From positions 352,001 to 416,000 of the forward strand of contig CAWCMR010000005.1 of assembly GCA_963796685.1 (NCBI GenBank): a stretch of DNA of 64,000 bases, written 5' to 3'. The first letter of the stretch is position 1, and every line of letters begins with the position of its first letter. Below the pieces are notes generated by a model. It saw only the letters and a list, made by a program, of their open reading frames with translations. It did not search any database and was not told where the DNA came from. The position numbers and the translations under genes are program-made. Of this stretch, positions 19,643 to 31,000 are shown piece by piece. Source of the DNA: an uncultured delta proteobacterium. Its GTDB lineage: Bacteria > Myxococcota_A > Polyangia > Fen-1088.

Positions 19643-20960
19643 GTGGGACCCGCTCGATCAGCCGTCGGCAACCGATCCGGTCGAGCGAAAGACGTGGGCC
19701 GCCTTGAGTATCCAAGTGGACGGTCGGTTTGCCAGCAGGCTGTGGGACCGTCAAGCCGCCGCCGAACGCCAGAACCTTTATGTCCCGGCTTTTCCGATTG
19801 CCCAGTGGCTCATCGCCAACTGGTGGCAACTGCTCTTCGAGCCGGGCATCGCCGAGGATGTTCCACCCGCCGGCACCACTGCGCCCGCACACCGGGACTG
19901 GCTGGAACGGCATTGCCTTCGCGCGGCCGACGCCGGCTTGCTGCTGCCCAGGTTGTGCCTATTTAGCAGCGGTCGTGGCGTCTGCGCACAATGGACCGCC
20001 GACGAGCCCGATGCCTACCCACAAATGCCGGGCATCTTTGTAAGTAGCGATGGGATGAATCTCGATGCGGCCGAGGCCGAGCGCGGTTTGCGGGAATTCG
20101 TTACCGAAGTGCTCTCGCGGGTCGCGGATATGCCGGACCCGCGGGTTGTGCACGTTCGGGCGAACTGGGAAGCCATCTCGCGCGCGAACCCCGATGAACG
20201 ATCCTTCTGTCAAGCGGCCGGCAGGATGGGTCTGGACCCTTATGCATCGGAGCACTGGCCGCCAGGCTTGGTCGATTTCCTCGAAACCGGTCTTGGGGAC
20301 GATCAGGATACGCCGTTGGTGCAAGACTTTCTCGAGGCCGCCAGCGCCGAAACGGCCGTGGCCGAGTGGCAGTGGACGGCGCGTGTCGAGAAGAGCCTCT
20401 CACTCCGCGCGACACCCACGGACGTGTCGAGAAGGTTGGGCCGCCCGGACCTGTACCGTCCAGCGAAGACCGGATGCGCGACAGCTCGCAGCGTACGCGA
20501 GAAAATCGACCTCGCCCCGGTCGAGGCTGTCGAAAATCTGACCGACGTGTCCCGTGCCTTGATGCTCGGAGCTCTTGAGTTTCAAGAGGTCAATCACCTG
20601 CCAAGCCGGCGCGTGCAGGCGGTCGTGGGTTGGAAATCCGATCATACTCCGGTGGTGGCCGGCCCCATCCCGAGTAGAGATGCAAATCGACGCTTTCTAG
20701 AGGCCCGCGCTTTGTACCACGCGATATTCGCCTGCGATCGCGGCCCACGGCTTGCTACGAACGCCCACACGTGGGATCAGCAGGCATCGCGCGCCTTCGC
20801 TGCCGAATTGCTGGCACCGCAGGCGGTCCTTGTCGATGAGACAACCCACTATTCGGGAGACCGAGACTCCCTTGTCAGGACGCTGGCGAGCCGCTATCGA
20901 GTAAGCACCCAGGTCATTGGCTACCAACTCGAAAACGCCGGTGTCGGCGGCATGGACTGA
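19620..20960 (+). CDS. ImmA/IrrE (DUF955)-like protein with degenerate HExxH
   Basis: RRFLEARALYH (canonical RFxxAHELGH), QQASRAFAAELLAP, C-terminal HTH LASRYRVSTQVIGYQLEN. Confidence 0.75.
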   Translation: MSRSLSIKWDPLDQPSATDPVERKTWAALSIQVDGRFASRLWDRQAAAERQNLYVPAFPIAQWLIANWWQLLFEPGIAEDVPPAGTTAPAHRDWLERHCLRAADAGLLLPRLCLFSSGRGVCAQWTADEPDAYPQMPGIFVSSDGMNLDAAEAERGLREFVTEVLSRVADMPDPRVVHVRANWEAISRANPDERSFCQAAGRMGLDPYASEHWPPGLVDFLETGLGDDQDTPLVQDFLEAASAETAVAEWQWTARVEKSLSLRATPTDVSRRLGRPDLYRPAKTGCATARSVREKIDLAPVEAVENLTDVSRALMLGALEFQEVNHLPSRRVQAVVGWKSDHTPVVAGPIPSRDANRRFLEARALYHAIFACDRGPRLATNAHTWDQQASRAFAAELLAPQAVLVDETTHYSGDRDSLVRTLASRYRVSTQVIGYQLENAGVGGMD

Positions 20961-21022
20961 GCGCTCGGTGGCTGCCTCGCCGCCCCATCGCCAAGGCTCG
21001 GTGTGTCTAGAAGGCACGTGTC

Positions 21023-21421
21023 TCACCCCATCCAGTCCTCCACCTTCAACCCGGGCACGCGGGCGAATTCGCCGACGTTGCTGGTGACCACGATCCGGCG
21101 GCTCGCCTGCGCGATCGCCGCGATCATCAGGTCGCGATCCCCGATGGGACGGCCTTTCGCGGTCAGGTGGGCGCGGATGCTGGCGTAGCAGTCCGCGGCG
21201 GCCGCGTCGAAATCGAGCACGCGGAACGGGGCAAGAAATGCGTCCTGGTCCGTGCGCGTCCGTCTAGGCTGGTGGCTCTTGGCGGCACCGAACCACATCT
21301 CGGCCAAGGTGATGGCAGCAACCGCAATGGCCGAGGGGCCGACCTCGCGCGCGCGCGCCGTCAGAGGTTCGTGCAACTTCATCAGATGGATGCAGGCGTT
21401 CGTGTCGAACAGGTAGCTCAC
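21023..21421 (-). CDS. vapC: VapC PIN toxin
   Basis: [37 protein letters not shown]; GTG start overlaps vapB stop. Confidence 0.92.
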   Translation of the reverse strand: MSYLFDTNACIHLMKLHEPLTARAREVGPSAIAVAAITLAEMWFGAAKSHQPRRTRTDQDAFLAPFRVLDFDAAAADCYASIRAHLTAKGRPIGDRDLMIAAIAQASRRIVVTSNVGEFARVPGLKVEDWMG

Positions 21422-21666
21422 GGCGAATCCAGATCGACATCCTGCAGCTGGACATTCATCGGCTCGATCTTCGCGGCATGGCGCATCTCGCGCAGGCGCT
21501 CCCAGTATCCGCGCGGCCACGCCTTGCCGTGCAGCGGCTCCAGGACAACCGCATCACCCTCGCGACGGATGCGAACCTCGTCGCCGGAAAATCGGTATTC
21601 CTTCGGCAGGCGGACCGCCTGCGACCTTCCGTTGCGGAATAGTTTTGCCGTAGCTGTCGATGCCAT
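21418..21666 (-). CDS. vapB: VapB antitoxin (AbrB/MazE fold)
   Basis: [20 protein letters not shown]. Confidence 0.92.
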   Translation of the reverse strand: MASTATAKLFRNGRSQAVRLPKEYRFSGDEVRIRREGDAVVLEPLHGKAWPRGYWERLREMRHAAKIEPMNVQLQDVDLDSP

Positions 21667-21783
21667 GGTTCTTCCTCTAGCGGTAGATACCAGTATATAC
21701 CATGTTCCCTCGACCTAGCGCAACCTCACCCAAGCCCCACGACCTGCGTTACAATGCCGTTCACCTAGTCGAAAGGATCCTCC

Positions 21784-22941
21784 ATGCTGACCCTGCCCGC
21801 GCTCAAGATTCAGCAGTTTGCCAAGGAATTCTACCTTCTCAACCTTTCTGCCGGCGATGTGGAACGCCTGGTGCGCTTCGAGGTGCTGGGCGAGGCGGGG
21901 GCCGCGGGCGTCGAGGGCAAGAAGGCGCGCAAGCCGAAGGCCAGCGGCGTGAACTGGGGCGAGCTCGAGAAGAAGGTCGGCACCAGCGACAAGGCGTTCC
22001 AGCGGCCCATCATCCGCAAAAAGATCGACGAGCTGGCGCAGTACTATACGAGCTGCCGCGAGAGCGATGCCCTGCCCGCCATCCCCGGCTCGGTCATCCT
22101 GACCACCGACGAGAAGGTGTCGTTCACGGCCGCGGGCGCGAATCCTTTCCTGGGGTTGCTCCAGATCTCCGAGGAGGAGGGCACCTTGCGCGCGCTCGAC
22201 GGCCAGCACCGCCTGCTGGCCCTGGCCGCGCTGCTGCACGATCCGGCCACCAGCGATGAGGATCGTGCGGCGGCGCGCCGGCTGCAGGTGCCGGCCATTC
22301 TGTTCAGCGGCCTCAGCGACGACCAAACCGTCGAGATGTTCGTCACCATCAACGCCAAGCACACGCGCCTCAACGCCTCCCTGCTGGTCAGCCTCAGCGG
22401 GCGCCAGCTTTACGGCGACGCGCGCATGGGCAAGGTCCACGACGCCATCCGTGCGCTCAACAACCAGGCGTCGAGCCCGCTGGCGGGCCAGATCAAGTTG
22501 CTCGGCGTTGGCCCGGGGCGCGTGCAACAGGCGGGGCTGGCGCAAGAGATGAAACAGATGTTCGACGATTGGGAGCGCAAGGATCCGGCGCTGGTCGCTC
22601 GGTTCGAGGTCGAGGCCAAGGAGTTCTTCCTGGCCTACTTCAAGGAGATCGCGCGTGTGTTCGCCCAGGCCTGGGACGGCAAGAAGTATTCGATCAAGAG
22701 CACGATGGCCCTGCGGGCCTTCATCCAGGTGACGCCGGAGGTTCTCGGCCGCGCCCTCACGGCAGGGGGAGCCTCGCGCGCCGATGCCTTGCGGACCGTG
22801 CTCGCCCCCTGGGCCGAGCGCGTGGGCAGCCCGCGCTTCGAGACCGCCGGCGCCTGGCGAGCCAAGGTCGCGGGCGGCGGCAAGGAAACCACGCGCCTGC
22901 TCGCGCGTGAGCTGGTGGCCGCGCTGGGAGGTGCCGCGTGA
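21784..22941 (+). CDS. DGQHR domain protein (DndB/ParB-like superfamily)
   Basis: FQR, LDGQHRL, FVTIN motifs; AGGA RBS. Confidence 0.85.
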   Translation: MLTLPALKIQQFAKEFYLLNLSAGDVERLVRFEVLGEAGAAGVEGKKARKPKASGVNWGELEKKVGTSDKAFQRPIIRKKIDELAQYYTSCRESDALPAIPGSVILTTDEKVSFTAAGANPFLGLLQISEEEGTLRALDGQHRLLALAALLHDPATSDEDRAAARRLQVPAILFSGLSDDQTVEMFVTINAKHTRLNASLLVSLSGRQLYGDARMGKVHDAIRALNNQASSPLAGQIKLLGVGPGRVQQAGLAQEMKQMFDDWERKDPALVARFEVEAKEFFLAYFKEIARVFAQAWDGKKYSIKSTMALRAFIQVTPEVLGRALTAGGASRADALRTVLAPWAERVGSPRFETAGAWRAKVAGGGKETTRLLARELVAALGGAA

Positions 22942-23414
22942 GCCCCCAAGCCAGCCTCGAGGTCGAGCTGCAGAGCATCGTGCGCGAGAATGAAGGCGAC
23001 TTGCTGGCCTTCGCGCGCAAGATCTACGAGCACGGCTACCGCCAGGGTCTCGCGTCGCGCACGCAGGGCCAGCCCGAGAACGTCGTTTCCGTTCCCGAGC
23101 CAACTGCGCCTCAGCCTGTTGCCGAGCAGGGACCGCTGTTTCCGACGCGCTCGAGGGTCGCGGTTGCATCCGCCCCAGACGAAGAAGTCGGAGAGCCCGA
23201 CGAAGGCGACGCCCCGATCGAAGAGGAGGCCTACACCTGCGACCACCGCGTGCGCGGCAGCATCACCGCGGCCGGCTTGCAAAGGAAGATCGAACGCCTC
23301 TTCGATCTCTCCCGTTTCGCCATCGACATCGTCATCTGCCGGCGTGGCGATGCCGAACGCCGACGTCTCAAGAGCACGGTGAAGCTGAAGAACTATCTGC
23401 TGGAAGGCGAGTAG
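22938..23414 (+). CDS. Hypothetical protein coupled to the DGQHR gene; possible ubiquitin-like C-terminal domain
   Basis: GTGA start/stop overlap; helical N-terminus, acidic linker, compact C-terminal domain. Confidence 0.65.
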   Translation: MSPQASLEVELQSIVRENEGDLLAFARKIYEHGYRQGLASRTQGQPENVVSVPEPTAPQPVAEQGPLFPTRSRVAVASAPDEEVGEPDEGDAPIEEEAYTCDHRVRGSITAAGLQRKIERLFDLSRFAIDIVICRRGDAERRRLKSTVKLKNYLLEGE

Positions 23415-23438
23415 GCTTGGCCCGGGAGCGGCACGACC

Positions 23439-23834
23439 TCACCCGCCCGCGTCCATCATCTCGACGAGCTGACGCGGGGAAAGAATGCGGATCCCTCGGT
23501 ACTCGCCCAAGACGAGCAAGTCCGCGTCGCCGGTCAGGATGACGTCGGCTTGCCCCGCGATGGCGGCTGCCAGGACCTTGCCGTCGTCGCGATCGCGGCA
23601 AACCGGTAGAGCCTTGGGCCGCACCAGCGTCGCCCGCTCGCGATAGGCTTTCAGGAGTGGCACGTCGGCCGGGTCGGTGTCGAATTTGCGGCGCAGGGTT
23701 CGCGCCAACTCTTCCAGCAAAGCGGGCGACGTGATGAGAGCCACTCGCATCAGCCTGCGCTTGACCAGGTCGCGGCACAAGCCGTCGGCGACCATACCGG
23801 CGACCAGAACGTTGGTGTCGCAGACAACCTTCAC
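23439..23834 (-). CDS. PIN-domain toxin (PIN_3 type)
   Basis: VVCDTNVLV, CRDRDDGKVL, ILTGDADLL. Confidence 0.88.
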   Translation of the reverse strand: MKVVCDTNVLVAGMVADGLCRDLVKRRLMRVALITSPALLEELARTLRRKFDTDPADVPLLKAYRERATLVRPKALPVCRDRDDGKVLAAAIAGQADVILTGDADLLVLGEYRGIRILSPRQLVEMMDAGG

Positions 23835-24049
23835 GACACGGCTTTGAACGCGTCTTCGTCGGTATAGATACCCTTGGCGCGCGCCTTGGGAATAAGCAGG
23901 CGGCGGGACTTGTCGAAGGCATCGGCCCAGATTTGCTGTTGCACGGCCCGGCGGACGAATTCGCTCTCCGTCATACCCTGTCCTTTGGCGGCTCGACTCA
24001 ACTCGCGCCGCAGCAGGGGAGGAAGGCTGATGGTCACCGTCGCTCTCAT
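23831..24049 (-). CDS. Ribbon-helix-helix (CopG) antitoxin
   Basis: TVTISLP...SEFVRRAV; GIYTDED tail; overlaps PIN start. Confidence 0.85.
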   Translation of the reverse strand: MRATVTISLPPLLRRELSRAAKGQGMTESEFVRRAVQQQIWADAFDKSRRLLIPKARAKGIYTDEDAFKAVS

Positions 24050-24114
24050 GTAAGACAATTTATGACAGGCAAGGCTCCCTTTCAAGAAGTTGCTACGCAC
24101 GTGCATTCTCCGAT

Positions 24115-24235
24115 CCCCTCGCCCCGCGCAGCGGGGAGAGGGTTAGGGTGAGGGGCCAGCGCACTCTCTCGCATGGCCGAACCCCTCACCCGACGCGCTT
24201 CGCGCGTCGACCTCTCCCCGCTGCGCGGGGCGAGG
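24115..24235. repeat. Inverted pair of REP-like elements (BIME-like)
   Basis: Right copy reverse-complements to near identity with the element at 2658-2711. Confidence 0.75.
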
Positions 24236-24311
24236 TGAATCTTCCAAGCACTCGCAAGCTCTCGATTCTGCACGGCATTCAACCCGTTCGGTGCTCTAGC
24301 GCGGCGCCCCC

Positions 24312-25634
24312 CTACCCCGCCGCCCCCGCTGCCGCCAACAGCGCGCTGACGGCGTAGTCGTAGTCGAGCTGGGTGCCGTCCCACAACGGTTCGTTCGAGT
24401 CCGGGCCGAGGTCGAGCCCGCGGTCGACGGCCCATTCCGCCAGCCAAGCGTGGGCGTCGTCGACGTGCTCGCGTGGTGGCTCTGCCGGCAAAGGCTTGCC
24501 GGTTGGCGAGGTGAACAGCAATTCGCCCGCGGCAGAACGCGTGACGGACCAGCCGCCCTCGTGGATCAGATGGTGGTGGGCGGTACACAGGGTCACCAGG
24601 TTGTCCACGCTGGTTTCGCCACCGTGCAACCAGTGCCGAATGTGATGGCCGTGCAGGAAGCGGGTGTGGGTGCAACCAGGAAAGCGGCAGCCGCGGTCGC
24701 GGAGCGCGAGCACACGACGAATGGCGGGCGGAATGGTGCGGGTGCGGCGACCGATGTTCAATGGCGGGGTGTCCGATTGTGCGCCGCTGGCGCCGACGGC
24801 GAGCAGGCCACAGTCGCAAGCCACCCTGCGCAGGGTTTCCGGCGAGATTCGCGTGCCGTCGTCGAGCGTGCCGGCCATGGAGCCGTCCGGCCCGAGAGCG
24901 TCCTGATCCAGGTGCACCACGACCTGGAAGCGTTCGCCTCCGGTTCCCGTCCCTCGATTGCCGGCAAGGAAGGACTCGGCGAGAGCGACCATGCCGTCTG
25001 CGCGCGATGGCCAAGACGCTCCCGCGGAAGCGTCTGCGTGTCTGCCATCACACTTTCGCGCTTCCGCGGAAGCGGCGTCTGGGGCAGAAGCCTCATTTCC
25101 ACCATGAACCTCTCGCGCCCGCTCGACTGCGCGCATAACCAGATCCGTCTCGTCGGGTGACAGGACGATCTCGAGCTTCACCATTCCGCCCGGCAGCTCC
25201 CGCTGGCGGACGGAACGCTCCTCGGGCGATGGGGAATCGTCGGAAGCTTGGGCGGTTCGGTACCCGCGACACAAGCGTTCGAGCTGCGCGCCGGTTGCGA
25301 ACAAGGCCACCTCCAGTAGGCGCGCTTCATTGTCGGGCGTGGCGGCGCGGGTCAGGGCCCGCACCTTGGCATAGGACACCTTGCCCGACCGCAACGCCTC
25401 ATCGATGGCGGGCAACTTGCCGAGCGCGCGCGCCACGCGCACTTTCTCGCGCGCGGTGGTCGAATCCAAGCCCACCCGCCAAGCGAGCCAGTGCGCACAG
25501 GACACGGCGCCCTGTTCGTACCACCCACCGGCTTCGTCGAACTGCCGGATGCACTCGAGCAACCTGTGCGTGGCCGCATCGACGTGCGCCGACAAGCTCG
25601 CTATCTCCTGACCCAATTCCTCGACGGAAGACAT
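24312..25634 (-). CDS. DUF222 (13E12-repeat family) HNH endonuclease
   Basis: RDRGCRFPGC..HGHHIRHW.HGG.T..DNLVTLC..HH..IH; start ATG 25634 chosen from promoter position. Confidence 0.9.
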   Translation of the reverse strand: MSSVEELGQEIASLSAHVDAATHRLLECIRQFDEAGGWYEQGAVSCAHWLAWRVGLDSTTAREKVRVARALGKLPAIDEALRSGKVSYAKVRALTRAATPDNEARLLEVALFATGAQLERLCRGYRTAQASDDSPSPEERSVRQRELPGGMVKLEIVLSPDETDLVMRAVERAREVHGGNEASAPDAASAEARKCDGRHADASAGASWPSRADGMVALAESFLAGNRGTGTGGERFQVVVHLDQDALGPDGSMAGTLDDGTRISPETLRRVACDCGLLAVGASGAQSDTPPLNIGRRTRTIPPAIRRVLALRDRGCRFPGCTHTRFLHGHHIRHWLHGGETSVDNLVTLCTAHHHLIHEGGWSVTRSAAGELLFTSPTGKPLPAEPPREHVDDAHAWLAEWAVDRGLDLGPDSNEPLWDGTQLDYDYAVSALLAAAGAAG

Positions 25635-25640
25635 GGGCGA

Positions 25641-25669
25641 ACTATACAAATGTTCAGTTACACGATCAA
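25641..25669 (-). promoter_or_regulatory. Sigma70-type promoter TTGATC-N17-TATAGT overlapped by a LexA-like box CTGAACATTTGTATAG
   Basis: Exact 17-nt spacing; ATG begins 7 nt after -10 (leaderless); box at 25642-25657 resembles the Myxococcus LexA site. Confidence 0.65.
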
Positions 25670-25765
25670 GTCACAATTCAACTGAATTCAATTGAGACCG
25701 ATTGCCGATTCATTGTCCTTGCCTGACAAACGGCCCCCGTATCCTGGTGGCAAGGAGGTATCTCC

Positions 25766-27469
<1,704 letters not shown>

Positions 27470-27473
27470 TATC

Positions 27474-27764
27474 ATGCGGAATGTGTACCTGGTGTGTTAC
27501 GACGTGTGCAACGACAAGAGGCTGAAGCGGGTCTACAAGGCCATGCGCGGGTACGGCGACCATCTGCAGCTCTCGGTGTTCCGCTGCGAGCTTTCCGCGC
27601 GCGAGCGCGCCGAAATGATCGCCGAGCTTTCGCCCCTCATCGCCCACGACGAGGACCAGGTGCTCATTATCGACATCGGCCCGGCAGACGGGCGCGCAAG
27701 CCTGGTCTTCGATGCCGTTGGCAAGCCGTACGTGGCACCAGAGCGCCACGCCATCATCGTGTGA
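27474..27764 (+). CDS. cas2: Cas2
   Basis: YLVCYDV..DKRL, HLQLSVF, DQVLIID. Confidence 0.95.
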   Translation: MRNVYLVCYDVCNDKRLKRVYKAMRGYGDHLQLSVFRCELSARERAEMIAELSPLIAHDEDQVLIIDIGPADGRASLVFDAVGKPYVAPERHAIIV

Positions 27765-28005
27765 GCCGTGCTCTCTGACAACCGCATAGCTCATTTGGTT
27801 TTCCACGATGCGAGCGGCGACGTGCTTCGTCGGCCTCCGTCGACGCTCGCAGTTCCGAAAGGGCCGAAACACCTAACACCTGCAACAGAAAGGAGACCGG
27901 CGCAAATCCGGCATGGGCTTTTCCGTCAGAATCCGTCGTGCTTTCACCACCCGCTCGCAACAGGCGCCCCAACCTCCTGTATCTCCATGCCAATCGGCAG
28001 GAGCC
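27765..28005 (+). promoter_or_regulatory. CRISPR leader with TGCGAGCG / CGCTCGCA / CGCTCGCA motifs
   Basis: Non-coding stretch between cas2 and first repeat; 8-mers at 27809, 27844 and 27952. Confidence 0.8.
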
Positions 28006-31000
28006 CTATCCGTCGTCCCCGGACGACGGCCCCATTGAAGCCCAATGTTTGACTGAGAGGTTATCATTATGACCTTTAGCTATCCGTCGTCCCCGGACGA
28101 CGGCCCCATTGAAGCGAAGGGAGAAGGCCACGGCCGTCTCCGAGGCCACCTATCCGTCGTCCCCGGACGACGGCCCCATTGAAGCCGCGGGATGGACATC
28201 TGCGTAGCCGCCACGCCAGGAACCTATCCGTCGTCCCCGGACGACGGCCCCATTGAAGCAGTTGGTGGGGTCAATCGATGTCTTCGGAATCGTTAACCTA
28301 TCCGTCGTCCCCGGACGACGGCCCCATTGAAGCGAGCCGTTGGCGGCCGAGCACATGCAGACCCCGAACTATCCGTCGTCCCCGGACGACGGCCCCATTG
28401 AAGCGAGCGCGGCGGAAATTCAGTGACCGGCTGGATGGTGCCTATCCGTCGTCCCCGGACGACGGCCCCATTGAAGCCGCAAGGCTTCGCGGAACGTCGC
28501 TGGACTCATTCGCCTATCCGTCGTCCCCGGACGACGGCCCCATTGAAGCAAGCGTGGCACGCCAAGGAGAACGCGGGGAAGTAACTATCCGTCGTCCCCG
28601 GACGACGGCCCCATTGAAGCCATTGTTCCCACTGCAAAGCATCGATGCCCAGCGCCTATCCGTCGTCCCCGGACGACGGCCCCATTGAAGCCACTCCAAG
28701 AAGGCCGCGGTCGAAGCTACCCTCACGCCTATCCGTCGTCCCCGGACGACGGCCCCATTGAAGCCGACTCCATCTCCTCGGAGGTGTACAACCCAAACGC
28801 TATCCGTCGTCCCCGGACGACGGCCCCATTGAAGCACCATCATGCGCTCGCCGATCTCGCCAGGGTTCCACTCTATCCGTCGTCCCCGGACGACGGCCCC
28901 ATTGAAGCGCGTGGAGTTGACCGAGGACGAGATTGAGACCGTGGCTATCCGTCGTCCCCGGACGACGGCCCCATTGAAGCGCGGCCCCGGGCACGACGAC
29001 CTGGCGCCCATCATCCGCTATCCGTCGTCCCCGGACGACGGCCCCATTGAAGCTACCGCGGAATGAGCGGCCTTCGTCTGACCACGGACTATCCGTCGTC
29101 CCCGGACGACGGCCCCATTGAAGCCGACGATGGGAAAATCCAGATCTATCACGGGGATTGTCTATCCGTCGTCCCCGGACGACGGCCCCATTGAAGCTGC
29201 GTGGGCGTGTAGCTCGAGGATGCGGAGAAATCCAGCTATCCGTCGTCCCCGGACGACGGCCCCATTGAAGCGGATAAGCTCCCCGGGCTCACGCAGCCAT
29301 CGACCGGCTATCCGTCGTCCCCGGACGACGGCCCCATTGAAGCCTTCTTGGGATCATCCGCCGAGGAGGTTTCGGACCCGCTATCCGTCGTCCCCGGACG
29401 ACGGCCCCATTGAAGCCTATCCTTGCCGGCCTAACCCTTTCCGCTTCCGTGGCTATCCGTCGTCCCCGGACGACGGCCCCATTGAAGCGAGCTCCTCGAA
29501 GGCGTGTGGGTGACCGGAATGGCCACCTATCCGTCGTCCCCGGACGACGGCCCCATTGAAGCATGGCTACTTCGCTCCCTTCCGGGCGTCGCGGGCCAGC
29601 TATCCGTCGTCCCCGGACGACGGCCCCATTGAAGCCTCCTTCACCCCTAGTAGACCCGCTAGCGCTAGGAACTATCCGTCGTCCCCGGACGACGGCCCCA
29701 TTGAAGCTTTAGCATCGCGTCAATCGGCGTCGGTGCAGCACCTGCTATCCGTCGTCCCCGGACGACGGCCCCATTGAAGCGGATCGATCCAGCGACCCCA
29801 CCGTCGGCCGGAAGCGTCTATCCGTCGTCCCCGGACGACGGCCCCATTGAAGCATTCCCCTCCCAGTGGAGGGCCATCACCGATGAGAGCAACCTATCCG
29901 TCGTCCCCGGACGACGGCCCCATTGAAGCTGCGTGCTGATGGCACGTGTTGGATCAACATCGGGGCTATCCGTCGTCCCCGGACGACGGCCCCATTGAAG
30001 CTCGTCGGTGGCCTGCTGGACGGTCTGCGGTCCCTTCTATCCGTCGTCCCCGGACGACGGCCCCATTGAAGCCAGTCGGGAGGCTGCGGGCGGACAGCGG
30101 CAGATTCCCTATCCGTCGTCCCCGGACGACGGCCCCATTGAAGCGCGTCTGTGCGGGGGATTATGCCCAGCTCGTGGACGCTATCCGTCGTCCCCGGACG
30201 ACGGCCCCATTGAAGCGCGCGCTTCCGCCTTCCGCTGCGTGGGGGTCTTGGCCTATCCGTCGTCCCCGGACGACGGCCCCATTGAAGCGCGATCGCCTTA
30301 GTAGACGCCGCGTTCTCTTCCAGCTATCCGTCGTCCCCGGACGACGGCCCCATTGAAGCGCAGATGTCTGCTGAAGCTCAAGAAGACGAATCCGAAACTA
30401 TCCGTCGTCCCCGGACGACGGCCCCATTGAAGCGACCTGAAGGGTGGAAAGGCGGGAACTGGAACCCAACCTATCCGTCGTCCCCGGACGACGGCCCCAT
30501 TGAAGCGCCGATTCCAGCATCGGCGATCGCTGCCGACATCTCTATCCGTCGTCCCCGGACGACGGCCCCATTGAAGCCACTTGAGCGACCACACGTGGTG
30601 CTGGCCATCGTAGGTCCTATCCGTCGTCCCCGGACGACGGCCCCATTGAAGCGGAACTTATGCGGTCACTCCCGGAGGCCTCCACACGCTATCCGTCGTC
30701 CCCGGACGACGGCCCCATTGAAGCGTAGATCGTCTCCGCGAATGGCGTGCTACCAAATCCACCTATCCGTCGTCCCCGGACGACGGCCCCATTGAAGCCA
30801 AGACTTTCTCCTGTCTTGCGATGCCAATCGTATCTATCCGTCGTCCCCGGACGACGGCCCCATTGAAGCCAGCGGTCGGGCCGGCGCCACCACGGTCTTG
30901 ACCGGGACTATCCGTCGTCCCCGGACGACGGCCCCATTGAAGCCTGGGCCGGCTCGACCGACCAGGGCGTCGGTGTGCCCGCTATCCGTCGTCCCCGGAC

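Noticed and set aside
24312-25634. HNH gene as a Cascade-linked effector or IscB/Cas9-like nuclease
   Set aside because: Typical DUF222-HNH with its own promoter on the opposite strand, no RuvC motifs, and Cas3 is intact.
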